DNA of 64,000 nt from Candidatus Eiseniibacteriota bacterium (GTDB lineage Bacteria > Eisenbacteria > RBG-16-71-46): NCBI GenBank assembly GCA_963717505.1, contig OY970342.1, forward strand, positions 1,184,001 through 1,248,000, written 5' to 3'. Below are positions 49,810-61,046 of this stretch, one piece after another. The notes beneath the pieces are model-generated. The model was not told the DNA's origin and searched no databases. It saw nothing but the letters and a program-made list of their open reading frames with translations. Within the stretch, counting starts at the first letter, position 1; the number at the start of each line of letters is the position of its first letter. The position numbers and the translations under genes are program-made.

Positions 49810-51917
49810 CTAGGCGGGTGCCGGTACCCGGCGCGAGGTCATCCCCCAGCGCGCGATCGTGGTTTCCGCCGCGAGCAGGATCAACGCGGCGATGATGAAC
49901 AGCCCCCAGAGTTCGCGGCCGAAACGCGCTTCGCGCACGCGCTGAGCGAGGTCGCTGCCCGGCCTCAACACCTGCGCGCGCCCGCGCGGAAACCCGGCGA
50001 CGATCGCCTCCGGAGCCAACGCCGACAAGTCCGACTCGCGCGGCTCGGGGTTCACGGCGAAGGTCCCGCGCAGCCGGCCGTCGCGCAGCACCCGGTAGAG
50101 CCCGGGCTGTTCGAGCGACTCCGATCGCAGGCGCAACGCGCCGCGTTCGGAGACCAGCTCGACCGCGACCTCACGACCGTCCTGTCGCTCGATCCGCCAC
50201 ACGCCGGTGCCGCCCGGCGCTACGTAGCGATCGCCCGGCGCGAGCGAAGCGGCGGCGGTGCCGCGGCCGAGGACTTTGACGGCCTGGTGCACCAACGGCA
50301 GGAACGCGCCGCTGACCGCGAAGTCGGATTGACCGGGGTCCAGGAGGACGTTGAGCACCAGCGCGCGCGGGGCCTCGACCAGCGCTGCGTGCGTGCGGTC
50401 GAACTCGAGCAGCACCCGGCCCTCGGCGCCGGGCGTGAACGCGCGCACAGATTGGAACCGAGCGCTCGAGAACGCCTCGCCGGCGCGCGACGGAAAACCC
50501 ACCAGCGCCGGGTGCCCGGCCACCGCGCGCATCAGCCGCCACACGGCACCGGCCGTCGCGGGCTCGATCGCGCCCACGGTTCCGGCGCCGGTCTCGCGCA
50601 GCACGGTCGAGTTCCAAAACGCGGGGTCGGCCTGGCGGCCAATCGCAAGCACCAGCGCGCCGCCACTCCGGTAGTAGTCGAGCACCGCCTGAAGCTCGAC
50701 CGGGCCCAGGCGCTCGACGTCGTGGATCACCAGCGCGTCGGCGTCGGCCAGCTGCGCGGCGAGTGCGGTGCCGCTCCCCACTTCGACCGCGAGGCCGGAG
50801 GCCGGCGAGCCGGCTTCGAGCGCGAGACGCAGGGCCGAAGGTGCGCCGTCCTCCCGGAGCACGATGCGCAGCGTTCCCGAACGTCCGGAGGCGAACACGC
50901 GTGCGTTGTCGCCCAGCAGGGCGTCGTCGGGGATGCGGGCGATACCGCCCTGGTCGGGAAGGCGTCCGAGCGGCAGCAGCGTGCTGCCCTCGCCGCGGGC
51001 GGGGATCGAAGCGAAGCCGCGCCCGAGAGCTTCCGAGGTTCCGACCTCGGTGACTTCGACCGCGAGATCGCCCGCCGGAGCGTCGAAGCTCGCGATGCTC
51101 ACCGACAGGGCGGCGGCGGCCGAGGACCCCGACGTCTCGACGTCGCCCGGGGCGAGCAGCGCGTCGGAGACCATGGCGTTCGCGCGGTTCACGGTGTTGA
51201 TCGGGATCACGAACACGCGGGACTCGCGCCACGGACCGTCGGGTGCCGTCAAACGGTCGGGCGGCGCCCCGCCGCCCTCGGTGCGCGCGGCACCGCCCAA
51301 TCCGGTTCGCTGGAAGTCGGAGATCCAGAACAACTCGCGATTGAGCGCGCGCGATTCGCCGAGTGAGCGCGCCGCCAGCGCCAGCGCCGCTTCGTGGTCG
51401 GTGGTGGCCGCACTCCCCGCGATCCCCTGAATCGCCGCACGCACGCGGCCCAGGTCGGAGCTGGGTCGTGGGGTCACCGGCTGCGGCGTGCGGTCGTAGG
51501 GGACGAGCAGAATCTCGTCCTGGGGGCCGAGCGAGCCCAGCAGGTCTTCGACCACGCGGCGGGCCTCGTCGAGCAGCGTCGCACCGCGCGCCCCGCCGCT
51601 GGCGTTGGCCCCCATGCTGCCGCTGCGATCCACCAGCACGACGACACTGGTCGCGGCACCACCCGCGAAGCCGACGGTGCCACGCAGCGCGGGCCGCGCC
51701 ATCGCCAGTGCGATCGCGGCAACTGCCAGCGTGCGCAGGATCAGCAGCAGCCACTGCTTGATCTGAGCCTGCGGATCTCGCTCTGGTTCACCTCGGAGAG
51801 GAATTCGAGCGAGGGGAAGCGGATCTCCTTGGGCCGGCGGCGGGTGAACAGGTGAATGACCACCGGGATCGCGGCCGCGAGCAGCCCGAACAGGAACAGC
51901 GGATTGAGGAAACTCAA
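49810..51917 (-). CDS. BatA-domain / VWA membrane protein (frameshift near 51765-51790)
   Basis: N-terminus LSFLNPLFLFGLLAAAIPVVIHL...RFPSLEFL; WLLLILRTLA...ARP; MIDAS DRSGSM; C-terminal FAVN...ESDL...RELW TM. Confidence 0.85.
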
Positions 51918-52531
51918 CGGGGGTACTCCGAGAATCGGCCGAGGGCGTCATCCCACCACTCGAGGCGCGTGACCGGATGGATCTCCCACGAGGACACGCG
52001 GCGATTGGTCGGGGACGTGAAGTCGGGATACTCGTAATCGTAGAGGAGCCAACCCGAGATGCGCACGCGCCGCGTGCCGCGCTCCCAGGCGGTCACGGTT
52101 CCGCGCGTCGGACGGAACAACTCGCCGAGCCGAGCGTAGCGCCAGGACGACGAGTGCCGGTGCCACTGGGGTGTGATCTCGGCGGTCACGTACAGGAAGG
52201 GCGGGTCGTCGGGTCGATGCTGGGCCGGCACGATCTCGAGATGCAGATCTCCGTCCGATGCGCGCACCATGCGCTGCACGTAGCCGTCGAGCGAGACCGC
52301 GCGCCGCTCGATGCCCGAGTACTCGGCCACGCTCAGCTGTCGCGGCAGATCGGCCATCGCCGCGAACGTGGTCGGTTCGACGGCCGCCGGTTCCTCGATC
52401 CGGTCCTTCATGTCGCGCAGATGCCGAGCGGCGACACTCGCGGTTGGCGACTTGCCCACCAGGTGAAGGTAGAAGGCGGAGGCGGCCATCCCCGCGAGCA
52501 GCGAAACGGTCGCTGCGGCGCGCAGGATCAC
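51914..52531 (-). CDS. Membrane-anchored hypothetical protein with DGDLH / AEITP / WEIHP motifs
   Basis: N-terminal hydrophobic helix; start and stop overlap the DUF58 and BatA genes. Confidence 0.65.
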   Translation of the reverse strand: MILRAAATVSLLAGMAASAFYLHLVGKSPTASVAARHLRDMKDRIEEPAAVEPTTFAAMADLPRQLSVAEYSGIERRAVSLDGYVQRMVRASDGDLHLEIVPAQHRPDDPPFLYVTAEITPQWHRHSSSWRYARLGELFRPTRGTVTAWERGTRRVRISGWLLYDYEYPDFTSPTNRRVSSWEIHPVTRLEWWDDALGRFSEYPR

Positions 52532-53488
52532 ATCAGCCTCGCCCGCTTCTCCAGGTAGGCGAGCAGCGCCCGGTCGAACGGCGTGCGCGTGTCGATCTGC
52601 ACGTAGTCGATCCGGGCCTCGCGGCAGCTACGGCGATAGAGGTCGGTCCACGCCGCGAGCTTCTCGCGGTAGCGCCGCGCGATCTCCCACGGCTCGGTGG
52701 TCAGCCGCTCGCCGCTCTCCATGTCGACGAAGGTCGCCGTGTCGGTGTAGGGAAAATCGAGTTCGTCGGGGTCGAGGATGTGGAACACGATGACTTCGTG
52801 ATTCCGATGCCGGAAGTGCTGGAGCCCGGACAGGACCTCTTCGGGCCGTCCATGAGGTCCGAGCACAGGATCACGAGCCCGCGGCGCTTGATGCGTTCGG
52901 CCAGCTCGTGGAGCACCGGCCCGAGGCGGGTGCTTCCCTGCGACGCGTGGGCGCCAAAGGTCTTGAGCAGGACGTCGAGGTGCGAGCGCATCCGCGCGCG
53001 GCGGGCACGTAGGCCAGCGGACGATCGGCGAACAGCAGAGTGCCGACGGCGTCCTGCTGATGGAGCATGAGGTAGGCGAGGGCGGCGGCCAGCGACTGGG
53101 CGTATTCGAGCTTGCTCATCGCGGCCCGCGGCGAGCGAAAGGCCATCGAGCCGGACAGGTCGAGCAGCAGGTGGCAGCGCAGGTTGGTCTCTTCGGTGTA
53201 CTGCTTCACCAGGTAGCGGTCGCTGCGCGCCCAGACCTTCCAGTCGATGTTCTTGAGCGGATCGCCGGGCATGTACGGGCGGTGCTCCGCGAACTCGACG
53301 CTGAAGCCGTGGAACGGGGAGCGGTGCATGCCGGCGATGAACCCTTCGACCACCAGGCGTGCGCGCACGTCGAGGTGCGCGAGGCGCGCGACCACGGCGG
53401 GATCGAGAAACTGCCGGTCGGCGGCGGCACCCCGGGCGACGCCGCGGTCGGGCTGGGCGCCGGACGAGGCGCGCGGAAACGAGCTCAC
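52528..53488 (-). CDS. DUF58 domain protein (frameshifts near 52830-53000)
   Basis: GMHRSPFHGFSVEFAEHRPY.PGD..NIDWKV, LDLSGSM, LILCSDL, HEVIVFHILDPDE spread over three frames. Confidence 0.88.
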
Positions 53489-53489
53489 G

Positions 53490-54242
53490 TCAGTCCCGCC
53501 ACGCGGTCCACACCATCTCGTCGATCTCGTGTTCGAGCGGGCGCCGGTCGAACCCGCCCCAGACCTGGAAGCGCTGGAAGCCGGCGGCTCGGAGGAGCAG
53601 CTCCATCTCGTAGCGGAACGTCCAGCGCAGGGTGAAGCCGTAGCGCTTGGTTTCGCCCGTGGAATCGAGGACCTCGCGCTCGCTGGTCAAGATCTGATTC
53701 ACCGCGTCGTAGTGCGGCGTAGACCAGATGGACACCGATTGCCCGCCCTCCGGATCGGTGACGTCGCGCTCGTGCATGCGCTGGTCGTGATGCTCGACGA
53801 TGTAGCGAAATCCCGGAAAGAACAGATTGAATACCAGGAACCCGCCGGGTTGCAGGTGTTCGCGCATGCAGCGCAGCGCACGGATTTGATCGTCGGTGGT
53901 TGCCAGGTGCATGAATGCGCGGAACGGGATGGTGATCAACGCGTAGTGGCGCGGCATGGTGAAGTCGCGCATGTCGGCGACGTGGACGCGCGGCGCGAGC
54001 TTCTGCGCGGCGGCTTTGTCCTTGAGCCGGGCGAGCATCGCCGGCTCGCGATCGATGCCCTCGATGTCGACACCCGCGGCCAGCGTCGGGATCAGGATGC
54101 GGCCGGTGCCGCAGCCCGCCTCGAGCACCGGGCCACGGGCCGCACGGGCTTTCTCGAGGTAGAACGCGAGGTCGGCGTCGTACCACGAGTAGATCAGGTC
54201 GTACAGAGCCGGGTCGGTGTAGGTGTGGGCCGACGCGGTCAT
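53490..54242 (-). CDS. Class I SAM-dependent methyltransferase
   Basis: GPVLEAGCGTGRI, GIDREPAML, ADMRDF, PFRAFMHL, HLQPGG. Confidence 0.9.
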   Translation of the reverse strand: MTASAHTYTDPALYDLIYSWYDADLAFYLEKARAARGPVLEAGCGTGRILIPTLAAGVDIEGIDREPAMLARLKDKAAAQKLAPRVHVADMRDFTMPRHYALITIPFRAFMHLATTDDQIRALRCMREHLQPGGFLVFNLFFPGFRYIVEHHDQRMHERDVTDPEGGQSVSIWSTPHYDAVNQILTSEREVLDSTGETKRYGFTLRWTFRYEMELLLRAAGFQRFQVWGGFDRRPLEHEIDEMVWTAWRD

Positions 54243-55606
54243 GCCCGGTGTCCGCCGGCGCGACTGCGGCCTTTCCATACCGCATAGACCGGCAGGCCGA
54301 GGGCCGCGATGATCACGCCGGCCGCCGCCCGCCAGCCACTCGAGAGCAGGTCGCTGGCGATGATCACGACCACCACCACCACGAACAACAGCGGGGTCAC
54401 CGGATAGAACGGCGACCGGTAGGGCGGCGGGGGGCCTCCGGTCGTCCGCTCGCGATGGCGCTGGACGAAGAGCGCGGCGGTGGTCAATCCGTAGAACAGC
54501 CACGACGTGGTCACGAACCAGCCGGAGACGTCTTCGAAGCCGCCCGACAGCAGCAGCCAGACGCACGACAGCACACCCTGGATCCACAGGGCGAGCGAGG
54601 GCGTGGCGCGCCGCGGATCGAGCGCCGCCAGCGGCTTCCACAGGAGCCCGTCCGCCGCCATCGCCTGCGTCACGCGCGGACCGGTGAGGATGGCGCCGTT
54701 GGTGGTGCCGAACGTCGACACCGCCACCAGCACCGCGAGGGCGGCGCGGCCCCACTCGCCAAGCAACCGTCCGATGGTCTCCGAACCCACGGCCTCGTAG
54801 GTCGCGACTTCCCGCGGGGTGAGCACCGTGAAGTACGCCAGGTTGGTCAGCAGGTACATGACGATCACCAGCACGGTGCCCCAGATGATCGCGATCGGCA
54901 GCGTGCGCTGGGGCTCGACGATCTCGCCGGCGACGTAGGTCGCGTCGGTCCAGCCGTCGTAGGCGAAGAACACCGGGATCATCGCGACGATGAAGGCGAG
55001 CAGCAGCGGCTTGGAGCTGGCGGCGGACGCGGCCTCGGGCGCGGGTCCGGGCGGGTATACCGCCGGCAGCAGGAACGCCGCGGCGCACAGCGCCAGGATG
55101 CCGATCACCTTGGCGGTGGTGAACAGGGATTGCGTGCGCGCGCCCTCGCGCACGCCGAGCCAGTTGACGAACGTCAGCAACAGGATCGCGGCGCAGCCGA
55201 TCGGCATCTGGGCCGAAACCGGCAGCCGGACCGCTTCGCAGAAGTAGAGCGCAAACACGCTGGTGATCGAGGCGATGACCGTCGGCTTGATCACCCACAG
55301 ATTGGCCCAGCCGAACGCGAAGCCCCAGCGATCTCCGAAGGCCTCGCGAATGTAGACGTAGAGCCCGCCGGTCTTGGGACGCGCCGAGGACAGCTCGGCC
55401 AGCACCAGCGAGCCGCACATCGACATGACGCCGCCCAGCACCCAGGCCAGCAGCACCAGGCCGACGGTGGTGATTTCCTGAGCCACCGAGTGCGGCGAAC
55501 GGAAGATGCCGGAGCCGATGATGTTGCCGACCGTGATCGCGGTCGCGGCATAGAGTCCGATTTGGCGTTTGAGCTCGACGTGCTGCACCGGGGCGGCGGT
55601 GGCCAT
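54239..55606 (-). CDS. APC family amino acid permease
   Basis: IIGSGIF, AELSS..P.TGG.Y, FAYDGW, AGEI..PQR.LP; about 12 TM. Confidence 0.93.
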   Translation of the reverse strand: MATAAPVQHVELKRQIGLYAATAITVGNIIGSGIFRSPHSVAQEITTVGLVLLAWVLGGVMSMCGSLVLAELSSARPKTGGLYVYIREAFGDRWGFAFGWANLWVIKPTVIASITSVFALYFCEAVRLPVSAQMPIGCAAILLLTFVNWLGVREGARTQSLFTTAKVIGILALCAAAFLLPAVYPPGPAPEAASAASSKPLLLAFIVAMIPVFFAYDGWTDATYVAGEIVEPQRTLPIAIIWGTVLVIVMYLLTNLAYFTVLTPREVATYEAVGSETIGRLLGEWGRAALAVLVAVSTFGTTNGAILTGPRVTQAMAADGLLWKPLAALDPRRATPSLALWIQGVLSCVWLLLSGGFEDVSGWFVTTSWLFYGLTTAALFVQRHRERTTGGPPPPYRSPFYPVTPLLFVVVVVVIIASDLLSSGWRAAAGVIIAALGLPVYAVWKGRSRAGGHRA

Positions 55607-55610
55607 GGGC

Positions 55611-56610
<1,000 letters not shown>

Positions 56611-56794
56611 GAGATCCTCGGTCGGAGAGGTTGAAACGCGAGCAGGGGGCCGCGGTGCCTCGAGTGAGCCCCACGGGCGCAGGAAAGTCGCAGGAGCCTA
56701 GCACGCCCCTAGGAGCGCGACCAGGATTCCACGGTGCGGACGCGGCGAGTCGCGTGTCCGGCGCGGCGCCGGGTCACGGAGAAGTCAGGGATGA

Positions 56795-58027
56795 TCATCC
56801 AGGTCGGGCCGTCAGTCGAACCAGGCGGAGCGATCTGCGATCTCCGTCGCGTTCGATCCAGCACGCGAGGGCCGCGCGCTCGCCGGCGACCGCGATCCAG
56901 GGTTCCTCGATGTTGCCGCCGAGGAACGTCCACGGTGTGAAGTTGCCGGCGGCGTCCAACCGGCGGAGGGCGAGCACCGTGCGCGCCGGCCCAGCCCGCG
57001 GCGTGGCTTCGACCGCGATCAGCGTCGAGCCGTTCCATGCCGCGACCTGCGGCCGCGTCGCCGAGGCCAGGCTGTCGCCGACCGCGCGGCGGAGCCCCAT
57101 GGCGCCGCGCTCGGCGCTCCACGGCGCGATGTAGACGCCGGTGTCGGGGGCCGCCGTGAACCACGCGTAGTGCCCGCCGTCTTCACGGCTCCAGCTGATC
57201 GAGGCGCCGACCCCGACGCAGCCCCCATCGCGCCAGGCGTCGGGCGAGATCACTTCGTCGACCACGAACGTTGCGTTCTCGTCCGACACCGCGATCGCCG
57301 GATCCCGAACGCCGTCCTCATCGGTCCGGTAGGCAATCGCGATGCGACCGTACGCGTCGCTCAACGCGCACGGTCCGCAGCACGGGCATACGCGGTAAAA
57401 CCCGCGTTGCGCCGTCCAGGTGCGCCCGCCCTCGAGGCTGGTCGCGTAGAACAGATCGGCGCCGCCAGCGCCGGACCCCGGGTCGCGGGCGCCGATCCAG
57501 GCCACCAGCAGGGCGCCATCGGGACGAAAGACCAGGGCCGGCATCGAGTGGTTCCGCACCGATGGGAACTCTTCGTGGACCGAGGTCGGCGCGCCGAGTG
57601 TGGCGCCACCGTCCCCGCTCGCGCGCACCACGATGTTCGAAGCACCGGGGTCCTGTTTGTCGCGTTCGTTCCAGGCGATGGCGAACGCCGCTCCAGGGCC
57701 GAACGCCGCGGCCGGCCGGTTTTCGCGTGAAGCGAGGACGCTCCCCGGCCGTGCGTTCACACGCACCGGCTCCGAGAACGTGAGGCCGCTGTCCGCGGAC
57801 AACGCGAGCCAGACGTCCTGCGCCCCCGCGGCACCGGTGACGAACGTGAACGCCACGCGGCCGTGCGGATCGGCGGCAATGGCCGGCGCCCGCACGTCGA
57901 GGGTCGCGAATCCGTGCGGGGTCACTTCGCGGAGTCGAAACTCATCCGGAACCGGCGTCGAGGCGCCGCAACCCGCGAGCGCGGGGAAAAGCAGCAGCCA
58001 GGCCGAGGTGCGGCGCGCGAGGTGCAT
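56795..58027 (-). CDS. BNR/Asp-box (sialidase-fold) lipoprotein with CPCC motif
   Basis: LAGC lipobox; Asp-boxes SADSGLTF, SGDGGATL, SLEGGRTW; VCPCC. Confidence 0.75.
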   Translation of the reverse strand: MHLARRTSAWLLLFPALAGCGASTPVPDEFRLREVTPHGFATLDVRAPAIAADPHGRVAFTFVTGAAGAQDVWLALSADSGLTFSEPVRVNARPGSVLASRENRPAAAFGPGAAFAIAWNERDKQDPGASNIVVRASGDGGATLGAPTSVHEEFPSVRNHSMPALVFRPDGALLVAWIGARDPGSGAGGADLFYATSLEGGRTWTAQRGFYRVCPCCGPCALSDAYGRIAIAYRTDEDGVRDPAIAVSDENATFVVDEVISPDAWRDGGCVGVGASISWSREDGGHYAWFTAAPDTGVYIAPWSAERGAMGLRRAVGDSLASATRPQVAAWNGSTLIAVEATPRAGPARTVLALRRLDAAGNFTPWTFLGGNIEEPWIAVAGERAALACWIERDGDRRSLRLVRLTARPG

Positions 58028-58040
58028 GCGCGCAAGACTA

Positions 58041-60098
58041 CTACCGGAGCTTGAGAACGCGCAGGGCGGGGCCTGTCACGCCACGGGCGGTCCACGGCGC
58101 CAGCCAATAGAAGCCGGCGGGGACGCTCCGGCCCTGATCGTCGCGCCCGTCCCATGCGGCGGTTCCATCGGCGCCGATCCTCAGCTGCCGCACTCGGCGT
58201 CCCGCGAGGTCGAACACGATCGCCGGTCCGGACTCGACGCCCGCGAAGCGAACGAAATCGGCGAAGGGATTGGGCCATGCCCGTCGTGGGCGAGACTCGG
58301 GGCTCGGCACGTGCGCATTCGCATGGCGGACGCGGCCGATCACCGTGAAGCCGAAGCGTGCCTGGTCGAGCGGCAGGGGCAGGAACTCGCCGGCGTCCGC
58401 CGAATCCGCGCCCGCCGCGCGATAGACGTAGCCGCGAAGCGTGAACCAGCCCGGCTCGATGCTCGCCACCTCGGACCACGGCGTCACGTAGGGCATCGCG
58501 AAGTCACCGCGCATCGTGGTCGTCCCACCCACCCGCGGCCAGACGCGAATCGAATCCTCGAAGGAGTCGGGAACCGCCACGGTGGCGGTGACTTCGTAGA
58601 GCACGGCGGGCCGCACCATGCGGTCGCGGTCGAATTCACCGAGCCCGCGTTCGAGGACGTTGAGCGTGTCGGCTCGCACCTCGCGCCACGCGGTTGCGGC
58701 GACTTCGTCGTGCCAGATCCCGATCTCGGGTTGGACCCGGTCCAGGGCCGCGGCCACGTCGAGCCGCCCCGCGCCGGTCTCGGGGTCGTGGCCCGTGGCG
58801 CCGAGGTCGTGAGCGCCGAGTCGCAACAGATTCTGGAAGTCGGTGTCGATCAATTCGGGGCGCCGCGACGCCAGGAGTCCGACCGCGCCGGTCACGAAGG
58901 GCGCCGCGAACGAAGTTCCGGCCGCGGCGACATAGCCGGGATGGACTCCGCCCGCGGCACTCGGGTAGGTCATGAAGGTCGTCCATACCCCCTCGCCTGG
59001 TGCGACGAGATCGAGACCCGGTCCGTAGGAGGAGAATCGGGCTCGACGGTCGGTCGGGTCCGAGGCGCCCACCTGAATGCACAGTCCGTCGGCCGCGTAC
59101 GCGGCCGGATACTGCGGCGCCGATCCGTCGCGATCCCCGCGGTTGCCGCTGGCCGCGACCACGACGCAGCCGTGCACCAGCGCTTCGTGGAGTGCCACCC
59201 GTTCGAGCGTGCTCGGGGTCGATCCCGCGAACGACAGATTGACCGCGCGAGCGCCGGCGCGCACCGCGTGATGGATGGCTTGCGCGATCCAGAACGATCC
59301 CGACACACCCGAGGCGCCGGAGGTGATCTTGATCGGCAGGATGCGTGCACCGCTCCCGACCGTGCCATCACCGCCGCAGACGCCCGCGATCCCCAGGGAG
59401 TCGAAGTGCGCGCCATCGTGAGTGCCTGCGGCGGCGACCCCGGTCACCGGCGTGCCGTGTCCCCGCAGGTCGCGGACGTCCGTCCCGCCGTCGGCGACGT
59501 TGATGCCGGCGAGGAGTCGCGCGCTCCCGTCCGCGAGGCGGCCGGAGAACTCCGGGTGATCCGGATCGATGCCGGTGTCGGCGAACGCCAGCACGACGTC
59601 GGCGTTGCCGACGCTCGAACGCCAGGCATCGCGCGCGCGGATGTCGGCGCCTTGCATCCCGCGATTCTCGAGCCCCCACTGGCGGCCGTCGCGGAACAGC
59701 GGATCGTTCGGAAACGAGGCCGAATCGGATTGGGTCACGGCGGGATCGACCGGAGCGAGCCACCAGACCGCGGGTTCACGCCGGGCGTGTCGCTCGACCC
59801 ACGCGACCGAGGGATCGCGCTCGAGTGCGGCGAGCGCCGAGTCGGCCGCGGCCGAATCCCGCGCTGCCAGCAGAAGAACCCGTGATGCCGAGGGGCCGAG
59901 AGCCGGGTCGTCGATTCGTGCCGCGACGCGCAATCCCCAGCGCTCGGAAAGCCGACCCAACACGGCCGCTGACCACGCCGGCGACACCTCCGTCGACGCC
60001 GAAACCGGGGGACGCAGCGCGACGATCAACTCGCGAGCCGGGTCGGACTCCGCGGCGAGTGCAACGCCGGCCAGGATCGAAAGCGCAACCAACGACAC
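58041..60098 (-). CDS. S8 subtilase with C-terminal FlgD-Ig/T9SS-A-like domain
   Basis: Catalytic triad ADTGID / GHGT / GTSFAAP; PNDP; tail WPNPF...FDLAGRRVR...WDGRDDQGRSVPAGFY. Confidence 0.9.
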   Translation of the reverse strand: MSLVALSILAGVALAAESDPARELIVALRPPVSASTEVSPAWSAAVLGRLSERWGLRVAARIDDPALGPSASRVLLLAARDSAAADSALAALERDPSVAWVERHARREPAVWWLAPVDPAVTQSDSASFPNDPLFRDGRQWGLENRGMQGADIRARDAWRSSVGNADVVLAFADTGIDPDHPEFSGRLADGSARLLAGINVADGGTDVRDLRGHGTPVTGVAAAGTHDGAHFDSLGIAGVCGGDGTVGSGARILPIKITSGASGVSGSFWIAQAIHHAVRAGARAVNLSFAGSTPSTLERVALHEALVHGCVVVAASGNRGDRDGSAPQYPAAYAADGLCIQVGASDPTDRRARFSSYGPGLDLVAPGEGVWTTFMTYPSAAGGVHPGYVAAAGTSFAAPFVTGAVGLLASRRPELIDTDFQNLLRLGAHDLGATGHDPETGAGRLDVAAALDRVQPEIGIWHDEVAATAWREVRADTLNVLERGLGEFDRDRMVRPAVLYEVTATVAVPDSFEDSIRVWPRVGGTTTMRGDFAMPYVTPWSEVASIEPGWFTLRGYVYRAAGADSADAGEFLPLPLDQARFGFTVIGRVRHANAHVPSPESRPRRAWPNPFADFVRFAGVESGPAIVFDLAGRRVRQLRIGADGTAAWDGRDDQGRSVPAGFYWLAPWTARGVTGPALRVLKLR

Positions 60099-60173
60099 GC
60101 GAATTCTCGCCGGGGTGGACGCGGGGGCTGGCGCAAGATCACGTCAGCAATTCGTGGGCCGGGGTGAATCGCT

Positions 60174-61046
60174 TCAGCGAACCGATTCGAAAGAGGTCCT
60201 GGCCTCGTTCGACAGGCGCAACTCGTCGATCTTCCCCTGGAACGCGTAGAACGGGGGGTGCGTGATGCGGCCGCCGGTCGTGAGGTTGCCGCTGAAGTTG
60301 CTGAGACGCCTGGTGTCGAAGTAGTTGCCGATCAGGACCGGCGCCATGCTCGAGCGCACGACGCCACGCACGGCGTACTGAGCGTCGAGCGTGCCGTTGA
60401 TGAAGACGCGCACGACCTCGCCGTCGAGCGACACCGCGACGTGCGTCCAGCGATTGACGAAGATTTCGCTGACCGAGGCGAACGACTGCGGTGGGGTGGC
60501 ATCGTCGGCCTGGTAGACGAAGACCAGACGCGACGGACTGACCCCGAACGTGATGCGCTCGAAATACGCGGGGGCGGTCGGATCGGTGAATGCGTTGACC
60601 AGTTGGCGGCCGGTCAGTGCGAGCAGCCAGCTCTGCTCCTGGGGTTGCTCGGTCCAACGCGCGGCGATCATGCTCAGCTCGGCGTTGCTGAGGTCCGAGG
60701 GCTCGATCCAGGCTTCGACGGTGAAGCGCGAGGTATTGAGTCCCGGTGCGAAAGGAACGAACACCCAGGACTCGATCGAGGACGTGAACACCCGCGCGCT
60801 GCTGAAGCGGCCGAAGTCGGTGCGCGTGTCGAGTCCGGCGGTGCCGTGGAACCCCTGGCGTCCGCTGTCGGCCGAACGCTGACTGCCGATCTCGTTGAAG
60901 TGCCATAGCGCCACCGTCACCGAATCCTCGGCAGGCGGGATCGACGCCGGCACCGGGTTCGCCGGGTTGCCCGCAGGCCGCGCGCACGAGTTCACCGCGG
61001 CCGTCCACACGGCGAGCACCAGCGCCAGCCCGATCGCGCGGCTCAC
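60174..61046 (-). CDS. LamG/concanavalin-like domain lipoprotein
   Basis: Signal ending VNSC; VALWHFNE, FTVEAWI, WTHVAV, FQGKIDELRLS; GTGA overlap with the upstream gene. Confidence 0.8.
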   Translation of the reverse strand: MSRAIGLALVLAVWTAAVNSCARPAGNPANPVPASIPPAEDSVTVALWHFNEIGSQRSADSGRQGFHGTAGLDTRTDFGRFSSARVFTSSIESWVFVPFAPGLNTSRFTVEAWIEPSDLSNAELSMIAARWTEQPQEQSWLLALTGRQLVNAFTDPTAPAYFERITFGVSPSRLVFVYQADDATPPQSFASVSEIFVNRWTHVAVSLDGEVVRVFINGTLDAQYAVRGVVRSSMAPVLIGNYFDTRRLSNFSGNLTTGGRITHPPFYAFQGKIDELRLSNEARTSFESVR

